Source of the DNA: Thermodesulfobacteriota bacterium
GTDB taxonomy: Bacteria; Desulfobacterota; Desulfobulbia; Desulfobulbales; SURF-16
Direction: 5' to 3'
Length of the DNA: 25,561 bases
Assembly: GCA_039715015.1 (NCBI GenBank)
Contig: JBDLIE010000036.1
Location: forward strand, 1-25,561
A model generated the notes under the pieces. It was given only the letters and a program-made list of their open reading frames with translations, was not told the DNA's origin and ran no database searches. The position numbers and the translations under genes are program-made. This document shows positions 1 through 8,448 of this stretch, in pieces. How positions within the stretch are numbered: the stretch's first letter is position 1; each line of letters begins with the position of its first letter.

Positions 1-39
1 TCTTTATCTTCTGTAACTCCTCTAACTTCTATAACTTCT
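1..39. repeat. Degenerate 9-nt tandem repeat (consensus YCTNTAACT, 4 copies); possibly the right arm of a palindromic element cut by the window edge
   Basis: TCTTTATCT / TCTGTAACT / CCTCTAACT / TCTATAACT / TCT read directly at 1-39. Confidence 0.6.
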
Positions 40-49
40 GGAAAAAATA

Positions 50-1351
50 ATGATTTACAACGAAGAATACGAAACCATGCCAAGAGAGGCCCTGGAAGCC
101 CTGCAGCTTAAAAGGCTGCAGAAGCAGATTACCCGGGTCTATGCCACTGTCCCCTATTACGCTGGTAAGATGGATGAGGCAGGGGTGAAGCTGGAAGATA
201 TTAAAACACTGGCCGACATCCAGAAGCTGCCCTTCACCACCAAGGAAGACCTGCGCAAAAACTATCCCTTTGGTCTTTTTACCGTCCCCATGGATGAGGT
301 GGTACGCATCCACGCCTCTTCCGGCACCACGGGGCAGCCCACTGTGGTCGGCTACACCAAGAAAGATATCAAGATGTGGGCCGAACTTATGGCCCGCAGT
401 CTTAACGCGGCAGGCGCCCAGGCCAGCGATACCATCCATAACGCCTATGGCTATGGCCTTTTTACCGGCGGCCTTGGCGCCCATTATGGTGCTGAGGAGC
501 TTGGGGCCACCGTGGTCCCCATCTCCGGCGGCAACTCTAAGCGCCAGATCACCCTGATGAAGGATTTTAAATCCACCGTGTTGCTCTCTACCCCATCCTA
601 TGCCCTGAATCTGGCCGAGACCATGGCCGACATGGGCATTGACCCCAAAGAGCTCTCCCTTAAGGTTGGCGTCTTCGGCGCTGAACCCTGGAGCGAGAAT
701 ATGCGCCAGGAGATCCAGCGGGCCCTGGGCATCAAGGCCATTGACATCTACGGCCTCAGTGAAATAATCGGCCCGGGGGTGGCCATTGAATGTGTGGAAG
801 AACAAAAAGGACTCCACGTCATGGAGGATCATTTCCTGCCTGAGATTGTCCACCCCGACACCTTTGCCCCCCTGCCCCTTGGTGAAAAAGGCGAACTTGT
901 TTTCACCACTCTCACCAAGGAGGCCTTCCCGGTTATCCGCTACCGCACCAAAGATTTTTCCAGGATCATCACTGACTCCTGTGCCTGCGGCCGCAGCTTC
1001 CAGCGGATGGAAAAGGTCACCGGCCGTTCAGACGACATGATGATTATTCGTGGCGTTAATGTTTTCCCCTCCCAGATCGAACATGTCCTGATGTCCATTG
1101 AGGGTGTTGAGCCCCATTACATCATCATCGTCGACCGCCTGGGCAATCTTGACACCCTTGAGGTACAGGTTGAGGTGAGTGATTCGATTTTCTCTGACGA
1201 AATTAAGCAGCTTGAAAACCTCACTAAAAGAATCCAGACAGAGATCAAGGATCTGCTGGGGGTTTCCTGTAAGGCAACTTTAGTAGAGCCAAAGAGTATC
1301 CAGCGCAGTGAGGGTAAGGCTCAACGGGTTATTGATAAACGTAAGATCTAG
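50..1351 (+). CDS. paaK: Phenylacetate-CoA ligase family (aryl-acid CoA ligase), copy 1
   Basis: 433 aa; [20 protein letters not shown] (ANL P-loop), [40 protein letters not shown] are characteristic PaaK motifs. Confidence 0.93.
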   Translation: MIYNEEYETMPREALEALQLKRLQKQITRVYATVPYYAGKMDEAGVKLEDIKTLADIQKLPFTTKEDLRKNYPFGLFTVPMDEVVRIHASSGTTGQPTVVGYTKKDIKMWAELMARSLNAAGAQASDTIHNAYGYGLFTGGLGAHYGAEELGATVVPISGGNSKRQITLMKDFKSTVLLSTPSYALNLAETMADMGIDPKELSLKVGVFGAEPWSENMRQEIQRALGIKAIDIYGLSEIIGPGVAIECVEEQKGLHVMEDHFLPEIVHPDTFAPLPLGEKGELVFTTLTKEAFPVIRYRTKDFSRIITDSCACGRSFQRMEKVTGRSDDMMIIRGVNVFPSQIEHVLMSIEGVEPHYIIIVDRLGNLDTLEVQVEVSDSIFSDEIKQLENLTKRIQTEIKDLLGVSCKATLVEPKSIQRSEGKAQRVIDKRKI

Positions 1352-1481
1352 CCCCTCTGCCGCAGACTATTGTGCATCATCCGGCGTAGCCTGATTGCAA
1401 CGAAATAATGAGTTGAGAAATCAACAATTTATAGGTAGATATAGCCAGCTAGCTTTCTTTAAATAAACAATCGAGGCCTCT

Positions 1482-1913
1482 ATGAAAGTAGAACAGATTG
1501 CCATTTTCCTGGAAAATAAGTCAGGCCGCATGGCTGACATCACCTCCATTCTTGCCCAGAATGGCATTAATATCCGCGCCATGTCCCTGGCTGACACTGC
1601 TGATTTCGGCATCCTGCGCCTCATTGTCAATGACACTGAAAAAGCCCGCAATGTCTTAAAAGACAGCGGCTTTACCGTGGGTACCACCGAAGTTATCGTT
1701 ACCGAGGTAAGTGACAAGCCAGGTGGCCTGGCCCATGTTCTTCAGGTCATCAAAGAGGGCGGTCTCAATATTGAGTATATGTACGCCTTTACCCAAAAAA
1801 GCGGCGAAACTGGCCTGATTATCTTTCGTTTTGACGAGCTTGACCGGGCCATTGACCTTCTTGCCAAGGCTGATATCAGGCTCCTGTCAGGAGACGAAGT
1901 TTACGCCATCTAA
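1482..1913 (+). CDS. Tandem ACT-domain (amino-acid-binding) protein
   Basis: 143 aa; QIAIFLENKSGRMA..GINIRAMSLADTADFGILRLIV and DKPGGLA..NIEYMYAF form two ACT repeats; family commonly found next to paaK; GAGG upstream. Confidence 0.9.
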   Translation: MKVEQIAIFLENKSGRMADITSILAQNGINIRAMSLADTADFGILRLIVNDTEKARNVLKDSGFTVGTTEVIVTEVSDKPGGLAHVLQVIKEGGLNIEYMYAFTQKSGETGLIIFRFDELDRAIDLLAKADIRLLSGDEVYAI

Positions 1914-1924
1914 ATTACAGGTTA

Positions 1925-2050
1925 ACAAAAAACGTAGTGAGCGAAACTGAGACAAGGAAGAATGAGGTGCAAAAGCGGAGCTTACTTCAGCAAGTGAGCA
2001 TTTTAAATCGAGTTCTGACGCAGTATCAGTGAGTGTAGTATTTTTTTTGT
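1925..2050. repeat. Structured palindromic intergenic element (Rickettsia palindromic element RPE-like architecture)
   Basis: Nested pairings: ACAAAAAA(1925-32)/TTTTTTGT(2043-50); ACTGAGAC(1946-53)/GTATCAGT(2023-30); AGAA/TTCT; AAAA(1971-74)/TTTT(2001-04); CTTAC(1981-85)/GCAAG(1990-94); internal loops AAGGA..GACGCA and GCGGAG..TGAGCA. Confidence 0.55.
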
Positions 2051-2056
2051 AATTCC

Positions 2057-2075
2057 GGCAGAATATCTGCCTTTT
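2057..2075 (+). terminator. Small hairpin with short U tail; possible weak terminator after paaK-ACT
   Basis: GGCAGA-ATA-TCTGCC followed by TTTT. Confidence 0.3.
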
Positions 2076-2083
2076 CATGAGGG

Positions 2084-2108
2084 TTGACCGTTGATTTATC
2101 CTGGTCAA
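2084..2108. promoter_or_regulatory. Inverted repeat upstream of the ABC transporter; candidate operator or RNA hairpin
   Basis: TTGACC-N13-GGTCAA ending 22 nt before the SBP ATG; left half resembles a sigma70 -35 box. Confidence 0.3.
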
Positions 2109-2130
2109 TTTAATTTTTCTTGGGAGAGAG

Positions 2131-3321
2131 ATGATTATGAAGAGTACATTTAGAAATCCTCTGATGACTTTGGCCATTGTGGCCTGCTCGGCCCTGGCCG
2201 TGACTTTTTCCAGCGGTTGCAGCAAAAAGGAAGAGGCAAAGGAAAACATCAAGGTCGGCGCCATTCTGGCCGAAACTGGCGGCGCCTCCTTCCTGGGCGG
2301 CCCTGAAGCGCGCACCATCCGCATGATGGTTGAGCAGATTAATGGCGCCGGCGGTATTAATGGCCAGCAGATTGAGCTCATCGTCAAAGATTCCGCCGCA
2401 AGCCCCGACAAGGCCATCTCCTTTGCCAAGCAGCTCATCGAAGAAGAGCATGTTATTGCCATTCTCGGCCCCTCCACCTCCGGCGAGAGCATGAAACTAA
2501 AGTCTATCAGCGAAAAGGCTGAGACCATTCTCCTCTCCTGCGGCGCTGCCGAGGTTATCGTCAACCCTGTTGCCAAGTGGGTTTTTAAAACTCCCCAGAC
2601 TGACAGCTTTGCTGCTCAAAAGATTTTCATGGAGATGAACAACCTGGGTATCAGCAAGATTGCCATCCTGGCCGGCAACACCGGTTTTGGTAAGGCAGGT
2701 CGCGGCCAGCTCAAAAAATTCGCCCCGCAATTCAACATCGAAATTATCGAAGATGAGGTTTACGATAAAAAGTCCACTGATCTCTCTGCCGTTGTCGCCA
2801 AGATCAAGGCCAACGCTGATGTCCAGGCCGTGGTTAACTGGTCTATCGTTCCAGCCCAGGCCATTGTTGCTAAGAATATGCGTCAGGCCGGTTGGCAAGT
2901 GCCTCTCTTCCAGAGCCATGGTTTTGGTAACACCAAGTATATTGAGGCGGCCGGTGAGGCTGCTGAAGGTATCATCTTCCCCAGTGGTCGTCTGCTCGCT
3001 GCTGATGTTCTGCCTGATGACGCGCCTCAGAAGGCGGTTCTCAAAAAATATATCAGCGATTACGAGAGCAAGTATGCTGGTGAAAAGGCCTCTACCTTTG
3101 GTGGCCACGGCTTTGATGCCATTATGATCCTTGCCAAGGCCATTGAAAATGCCGGCAGTGCCGACAAGGCCAAGGTTCGTGACGCCATTGAGAACCTCAA
3201 GGGCCATGCGGGCACCGGCGGCGTCTATAACTTCAGCGCCACCGACCATAACGGCTTGGGCATTGATGCCTTTGAGATGATGACCGTAAAAGACGGCAAG
3301 TTTGTCCTTTACAATAAGTAA
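2131..3321 (+). CDS. LIV/HAAT-family ABC transporter substrate-binding protein, predicted lipoprotein
   Basis: 396 aa; IKVGAIL..TG, INGAGGINGQQIELIVKDS, ILGPSTSGES, GFDAIMILAKAIE, G.GGVYNFS..DHNG; hydrophobic signal ending FSSG-C30 (lipobox-like); GGAG SD; start could be 2137. Confidence 0.92.
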   Translation: MIMKSTFRNPLMTLAIVACSALAVTFSSGCSKKEEAKENIKVGAILAETGGASFLGGPEARTIRMMVEQINGAGGINGQQIELIVKDSAASPDKAISFAKQLIEEEHVIAILGPSTSGESMKLKSISEKAETILLSCGAAEVIVNPVAKWVFKTPQTDSFAAQKIFMEMNNLGISKIAILAGNTGFGKAGRGQLKKFAPQFNIEIIEDEVYDKKSTDLSAVVAKIKANADVQAVVNWSIVPAQAIVAKNMRQAGWQVPLFQSHGFGNTKYIEAAGEAAEGIIFPSGRLLAADVLPDDAPQKAVLKKYISDYESKYAGEKASTFGGHGFDAIMILAKAIENAGSADKAKVRDAIENLKGHAGTGGVYNFSATDHNGLGIDAFEMMTVKDGKFVLYNK

Positions 3322-3342
3322 TCTTAGCTAGAAACCACGTTT

Positions 3343-3383
3343 GGCAGGGCGGCTTTATTGGCCGCCCTGCCTTTATGATTTTT
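3343..3383 (+). terminator. GC-rich hairpin after the SBP gene (partial terminator or mRNA 3' stabiliser)
   Basis: GGCAGGGCGGC-N7-GCCGCCCTGCC perfect 11-bp stem then TTTATGATTTTT. Confidence 0.7.
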
Positions 3384-3385
3384 CC

Positions 3386-3451
3386 ACTACAAAGGCACAG
3401 CAGCACAAAGCAATCTTCATCACCGTCTTTGTGCCTCTGTGCCTTTGTAGT
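3386..3451. repeat. Long hairpin built from 8-nt periodic units (REP-like dispersed palindrome)
   Basis: ACTACAAAGGCACAG(3386-3400)/CTGTGCCTTTGTAGT(3437-51) perfect; inner GCACAAAG(3403-10)/CTTTGTGC(3427-34); units ACAAAGGC-ACAGCAGC-ACAAAG. Confidence 0.7.
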
Positions 3452-3464
3452 ATCGCCCCAAGTT

Positions 3465-4361
3465 ATGATGTCTCTTGAGCTTTTCAGCCAATATATCTTT
3501 GCCGGCATAACCTACGGCATTATTTATGCCATTGTTGCCATTGGCTTTAACATCATCTACAACACCACTGGCATCATTAATTTTGCCCAAGGCGAATTCG
3601 TTATGCTGGGTGGGATGGCTGCCATTTCCCTGAACCAGTTCCTCCCCCTGCCCCTGGCTATTGTTGCTGCCGTGCTCTTTACCATGCTGGTGGGTGCCCT
3701 GATCGAAATCGTGTTTATCCGCTGGCTTGAAAGCCCGTCGGTGCTGCGGATGATCATCATCACCATTGGTCTTTCCATCATCATCCGAGAAATAGCCCTC
3801 CATGTCTGGGGCGATACTGTCCGTGCCCTGCCTTATTTCACCGGCAATGTGATTAGTTCCGTGACCATTCTGGGGGCGGCAATATCACCCCAGGTACTGT
3901 GGGTTCTGGCTGTCTGCTCCTGCATAGTTGTCCTGCTCAGCCTTTTTTTCAAATTTACGCCGCTGGGAAAAGAGATGCAGGCCTGCGCCTCTAACCGGCT
4001 GGCCGCCACCCTGTGTGGAATCAACGCCAAGAACATGGTGACCTTCTCCTTTATGCTCAGCGCTGCCATTGGCGCGGTAGCCGGTTGCGTAGTGTCGCCC
4101 ATTACCTCCAGCCAATATGATATGGGTACCGGCCTTGCCATTAAGGGTTTTACTGTGGCTGTTCTTGGCGGCCTGGGCAACTCCATGGCCGCTGTGGCAG
4201 CAGGCCTGCTCTTAGGCATACTTGAGGCATTTAGCGTTGGTGTTGGTTTCCCCTTGGCCTTTCAGGACGCTATTTCCATCTCCATCTTGCTTATCATTCT
4301 TTTTGTCCGTCCCCACGGACTCTTTGGCAATAAGCAGGCCGCAAGCCTCAAGGAGTTCTAA
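3465..4361 (+). CDS. livH: LIV-family ABC transporter permease (LivH-like)
   Basis: GITYGIIYAIVAIGFNIIY..GIINFAQGEFVMLG, LGGLG motif; start moved from 3375 to ATG 3465 (or 3468) because the upstream 30 codons are translated hairpin repeat. Confidence 0.88.
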   Translation: MMSLELFSQYIFAGITYGIIYAIVAIGFNIIYNTTGIINFAQGEFVMLGGMAAISLNQFLPLPLAIVAAVLFTMLVGALIEIVFIRWLESPSVLRMIIITIGLSIIIREIALHVWGDTVRALPYFTGNVISSVTILGAAISPQVLWVLAVCSCIVVLLSLFFKFTPLGKEMQACASNRLAATLCGINAKNMVTFSFMLSAAIGAVAGCVVSPITSSQYDMGTGLAIKGFTVAVLGGLGNSMAAVAAGLLLGILEAFSVGVGFPLAFQDAISISILLIILFVRPHGLFGNKQAASLKEF

Positions 4362-5425
4362 TGGCCAGCAGGAAACTCACCTCCATAGCCCTGCTTGTGG
4401 CCGTTGTTGTTGCCGTTCAGGTTATCACTCAGCTCACCGGTACCAACTATTACCTGACCCAGCTGACGATGACCATGTATTCCTGCCTGCTCATTGTCGG
4501 ACTTTGTCTGGTTATGGGCTATGCCGGGCAGATTTCTTTGGGCCATGCCGGTTTTTTTGCCATTGGCGGCTATACATCTGCCTCCCTGACAACAATGAAT
4601 CTTTTACCCGCCTTTGAGAATGGCAGCAGCTGTGTCACTGCGCTTAACAAAATGGGCTTGCTCGTCACACGCACCAGTATGTTCGGCGAGCCGCTCCTAA
4701 CAGTACACCCCTGGTTCGCCTGCCTTCTTGCCATTGCCATTACTGCCCTTATTGCCTTTTTGATTGGCATTCCGGTCCTTAAGCTTAAGGGCCATTATCT
4801 GGCCATGGCCACCCTTGGTTTTGGCATTATTATTTTCCGTATTGTCCTGGCCATGGAATTTTTTGGCGAGGCTGACGGCATTTCCGATGTCCCTGGTTTT
4901 ACCTTGCTCCCCGGCCTCACTGTTAACGGTGATATGGATAACCGGGTGGTGAATTATTATATTGCTGCCGCTGTTCTTATTACCGGCTTTATTCTGCTTC
5001 TGAACCTGATTGATTCTCGGGTGGGCAGGGCTCTTCGTGGCATCCACGGCGCTGAAGACGCTGCCGATGCCATGGGCATTGACACTGCACGCTATAAGCT
5101 CTACACCTTTGTTCTCTCCGCTGTTTTTGCCGCTGTGGCCGGAGTACTCCTCACCCATTACACAGGGGGCATCAGCCCCTCTGATGCCGGGGTTATGAAG
5201 TCGGTGCGCTACGTGGCCATTGTTGCCATCGGCGGCATGGCGAGCCTCTGGGGAGCTTTGACCATGGGTGGTCTCCTTAATTTTCTTTCGCTACGCGGCC
5301 TGTTTGGTTCCTATGATGACGCGGTGTTTGGGGCCATACTTATCATCATCATGCTCTTTGCGCCTGAGGGTGTTTTACGTCTTTCGATCTGGAGCAAGAT
5401 AAAGCCCACGAAGGAGGCCAAATAA
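4361..5425 (+). CDS. livM: LIV-family ABC transporter permease (LivM-like)
   Basis: GYAGQISLGHAGFFAIGGY, LKGHYLAMATLGFG, SRVGRALRGI, IGGMASLWG, PEG; TAATG stop/start overlap with livH. Confidence 0.9.
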   Translation: MASRKLTSIALLVAVVVAVQVITQLTGTNYYLTQLTMTMYSCLLIVGLCLVMGYAGQISLGHAGFFAIGGYTSASLTTMNLLPAFENGSSCVTALNKMGLLVTRTSMFGEPLLTVHPWFACLLAIAITALIAFLIGIPVLKLKGHYLAMATLGFGIIIFRIVLAMEFFGEADGISDVPGFTLLPGLTVNGDMDNRVVNYYIAAAVLITGFILLLNLIDSRVGRALRGIHGAEDAADAMGIDTARYKLYTFVLSAVFAAVAGVLLTHYTGGISPSDAGVMKSVRYVAIVAIGGMASLWGALTMGGLLNFLSLRGLFGSYDDAVFGAILIIIMLFAPEGVLRLSIWSKIKPTKEAK

Positions 5426-6180
5426 TGGCCCTTCTTCAGGTACGTGATCTCAACAAACGCTTTGGCGGTCTGCACGCTGTTAACTCGGTGAGTTTTGATG
5501 TGCAAAAGGGTGCTATCAAGTCGGTTATTGGCCCTAATGGCGCTGGCAAGACCACCCTTTTTAATCTTATCTGTGGATCGCTTGGGGCTGATTCCGGTGC
5601 TGTAAAATTTGACTCAAAATCCATTCTCGGCTTAAAGCCCTATCAGATTGCCTCCACTGGTGTTTCCCGCACCTTCCAGAACATAAAGATGTTCCCCGGC
5701 ATGACAGCCCTTGAAAACGTCATGGTGGGCCTGCACACCAAGAGCAAGGCCGGCTTCTGGGCCGGCATGTTTCCCCTGCCTGCCACAAGGCGAGAAGAAA
5801 AGAAAATAAGAGCACGGGCCCACGAGCTTCTTGAGCTGCTCGACATTGACCAATTTGCCGATATTGAAGCCAGCAGCCTGGCCTTTGGTCAGCAAAGGGC
5901 TGTGGAGTTTGCCCGGGCCCTTGCCTCAGACCCGACGCTGCTTCTTCTTGACGAGCCAGCCGCAGGCCTTAACATCTATGAGACCGCTGAGGTGGCCCGC
6001 CTGATCACCAAAATCCAGCAACAGGGTATCACTGTACTCTTGGTCGAGCATGATATGAGCCTTGTCATGGATATCTCCGACGAGATTGTCGTGTTAAGTT
6101 TTGGCCAGCATATTGCCGAAGGAACTCCCGGTGAGATCCAACACAATAAAGAAGTAATCCAGATCTATCTCGGCGAATAG
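5425..6180 (+). CDS. livG: LIV-family ABC transporter ATP-binding protein (LivG-like)
   Basis: KRFGGLHAV, Walker A GPNGAGKTT, RTFQNI, Walker B LLLLDEPAAG, VEHDM, C-terminal IYLG; TAATG overlap. Confidence 0.92.
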   Translation: MALLQVRDLNKRFGGLHAVNSVSFDVQKGAIKSVIGPNGAGKTTLFNLICGSLGADSGAVKFDSKSILGLKPYQIASTGVSRTFQNIKMFPGMTALENVMVGLHTKSKAGFWAGMFPLPATRREEKKIRARAHELLELLDIDQFADIEASSLAFGQQRAVEFARALASDPTLLLLDEPAAGLNIYETAEVARLITKIQQQGITVLLVEHDMSLVMDISDEIVVLSFGQHIAEGTPGEIQHNKEVIQIYLGE

Positions 6181-6189
6181 GACGAACGC

Positions 6190-6939
6190 ATGCTGAAAAT
6201 ACGAAATATTGAGTCTGGCTATGGCAAGCTCCGCGTCCTCAAAAAAATATCTATACATGTTGATGCTGGTGAGATTGTTACCCTTATTGGTGCCAATGGT
6301 GCCGGCAAAACCACTCTGCTTTACACCATTGCCGGGCTGATTAAAGCAACAGGGGGAGAGATAATCCTCTTTGACCGGAACCTGAAGACCTGCACCCCAC
6401 AGCAAATTGTCAAAATGGGCTGTTCCCTGGTGCCTGAGGGCAGACAGGTCTTTTCCACCATGAGTGTGGAGGATAATCTTATCCTGGGCGGCTATGTCCA
6501 ATACAAAAAGGACAAGGAGTACTCCCAGACAACTGAGCTTGCGGCCATCTATGACATTTTTCCAGTCCTTCAGGATCGAAAGGAGCAGCTGGCCGGCACC
6601 CTCTCTGGGGGCGAACAGCAGATGCTGGCCATGGGCCGCGCCCTCATGGCCGGCCCTAAGCTGATCATGATGGATGAGCCTTCCACTGGTCTGGCGCCCC
6701 TCATCGTTAAGGATATTTTCCAGATCATCCTTCGCCTGCGCGAGGCAGGCAACACCGTGCTTCTTGTTGAACAAAATGCCAAGGCGGCCTTGGGTATTGC
6801 CGACCGGGGTTATGTCTTAGAGACCGGCAAAATCATCCTCCAAGGCCCAGCGGAAGATCTTTTGAACAACGCTGATGTGCAGCGCGCCTATTTAGGCCGG
6901 GATGTTGATTCTGACACCGCAACCTGTGATATAGTTTAG
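6190..6939 (+). CDS. livF: LIV-family ABC transporter ATP-binding protein (LivF-like)
   Basis: [43 protein letters not shown]. Confidence 0.93.
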   Translation: MLKIRNIESGYGKLRVLKKISIHVDAGEIVTLIGANGAGKTTLLYTIAGLIKATGGEIILFDRNLKTCTPQQIVKMGCSLVPEGRQVFSTMSVEDNLILGGYVQYKKDKEYSQTTELAAIYDIFPVLQDRKEQLAGTLSGGEQQMLAMGRALMAGPKLIMMDEPSTGLAPLIVKDIFQIILRLREAGNTVLLVEQNAKAALGIADRGYVLETGKIILQGPAEDLLNNADVQRAYLGRDVDSDTATCDIV

Positions 6940-7012
6940 TTGGCTTTTTCCTTTGTATGAACAGCCATTTTTTTTGACCGCAGATCTTGAACTCATTACT
7001 AAAGTGAATGCC

Positions 7013-8323
7013 ATGAACTACTGGGAAGAACAGAAAGAATGTATGTCCCGCCAAGACCTTGAGCAGCTCCAGCTTGAGCGTCTGCAGTCCACCCTCTTCC
7101 GGGTAACCACCCATGTTCCCTTTTATCGGAAAAAGTTCAAAGAAGAAGGCATCGACCCTGATGGTTTCAACTCCCTTGCTGACATCCGCAAGCTGCCCTT
7201 TACCACCAAGGATGACCTGCGCAACAACTACCCATATGGTCTTTTTGCCGTTCCTCTTCGGGATATTGTCCGAGTCCATGCCTCGTCCGGCACCACTGGC
7301 ACGGCAACGGTGGTGGGCTACACCCAGAATGATTTAAAAACGTGGTCAAACATGGTGGCCCGTATTCTCACCGCCGCAGGTGTTACTAATGATGACGTGG
7401 TGCAGATAGCCTTTGGCTATGGCATGTTCACCGGAGGTTTTGGCCTCCATTATGGTGCTGAACGGCTGGGTGCTTCGGTTATTCCCATTTCAAGCGGCAA
7501 CACAAAGCGCCAAATCCAGATCATGCAGGATTTTCGGACCACAGCCCTGGTATGTACCCCAAGCTATGCCTTGGTTCTGGCCGATGCCATGGAAGACATG
7601 GATATTAATATCAACGCCCTGCCTCTTAAATTCGGGCTTTTCGGCGGTGAACCCTGGTCTGACGAAATGCGTCGAGAAATCCAGACTAAACTTAATATCA
7701 TTGCCACTGACAACTACGGGCTAAGCGAGGTTATGGGGCCGGGTGTGGCTGGTGAGTGTATTGAAAGAAATGGCCTTCACATTAATGAAGATCATTTTCT
7801 TGTGGAGATTATTAATCCAGAAACCCTTGAACCGGTTGCTGCCGGTGAGATAGGGGAAGTGGTGGTCACCACCCTTACCAAAGAAGGTTTCCCTGTTATT
7901 CGTTATCGAACCAGGGATCTTGCCAAGATTATTGATGAACCATGTCCCTGTGGCCGTACCTTGCGCCGCATGAGCAGAATCATTGGCCGTACCGATGACA
8001 TGCTGATTATTAAGGGTGTTAATGTCTATCCCATGCAGGTCGAGGCTATCCTCTTTGATATTGAAGGTACTGAGCCCCATTATCAGATCATTGTTGAGCG
8101 TGAAGGACGGCTGGATAAGGCCCAGGTGCTTGTTGAGGTCACCGAGTCGATCTTCTTTGATCAGATGAAGGAGCAACGGCAGTTGGTTGATCATATTAAG
8201 AAACGGTTGGCGGCGGAGCTTGGTATTGGGGTTGATGTTAAGCTTGTGGAGGAGAAATCGCTTGAGCGTTTTGAGGGGAAGGCCAAGAGGGTTATTGATA
8301 AGCGGGATTTTTCTAAGGAATAA
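7013..8323 (+). CDS. paaK: Phenylacetate-CoA ligase family, copy 2
   Basis: [48 protein letters not shown]; start at ATG 7013 (MNYWEE) by alignment with copy 1 rather than 6953. Confidence 0.92.
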   Translation: MNYWEEQKECMSRQDLEQLQLERLQSTLFRVTTHVPFYRKKFKEEGIDPDGFNSLADIRKLPFTTKDDLRNNYPYGLFAVPLRDIVRVHASSGTTGTATVVGYTQNDLKTWSNMVARILTAAGVTNDDVVQIAFGYGMFTGGFGLHYGAERLGASVIPISSGNTKRQIQIMQDFRTTALVCTPSYALVLADAMEDMDININALPLKFGLFGGEPWSDEMRREIQTKLNIIATDNYGLSEVMGPGVAGECIERNGLHINEDHFLVEIINPETLEPVAAGEIGEVVVTTLTKEGFPVIRYRTRDLAKIIDEPCPCGRTLRRMSRIIGRTDDMLIIKGVNVYPMQVEAILFDIEGTEPHYQIIVEREGRLDKAQVLVEVTESIFFDQMKEQRQLVDHIKKRLAAELGIGVDVKLVEEKSLERFEGKAKRVIDKRDFSKE

Positions 8324-8352
8324 CGCTGGTATGGGATTACATCTGATAGTTT

Positions 8353-8388
8353 AAAAGGGGTGATGACGATTTAGTCATCACCCCTTTT
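8353..8388. terminator. Bidirectional intrinsic terminator T1
   Basis: AAAAGGGGTGATGAC-GATTTA-GTCATCACCCCTTTT perfect 15-bp inverted repeat, followed by GTTATTT. Confidence 0.85.
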
Positions 8389-8448
8389 GTTATTTGGGAG
8401 TATGGGGACGTTTGTTGCTTGATTTGTCTTGGTTGCCAAGGAATCCTT

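Noticed and set aside
1412..1425. FNR/CRP-type site GTTGAGAAATCAAC upstream of the ACT gene
   Set aside because: Half-site spacing is 2 nt shorter than TTGAT-N4-ATCAA; equally explained as a 5-bp GAAA-loop hairpin.
3375..3464. N-terminal extension of LivH in the ORF track
   Set aside because: It is the translation of the octamer hairpin; family similarity starts at MMSLELF (3465).
6953..7012. N-terminal extension of PaaK2
   Set aside because: No SD, and copy 1 aligns from MNYWEE at 7013.
29..8194. Long antisense ORFs (29-853, 1887-2576, 2497-3249, 6094-6774, 7721-8194) and similar ones opposite r-protein genes
   Set aside because: Shadow frames of well-supported genes, expected from codon bias; no recognisable motifs.
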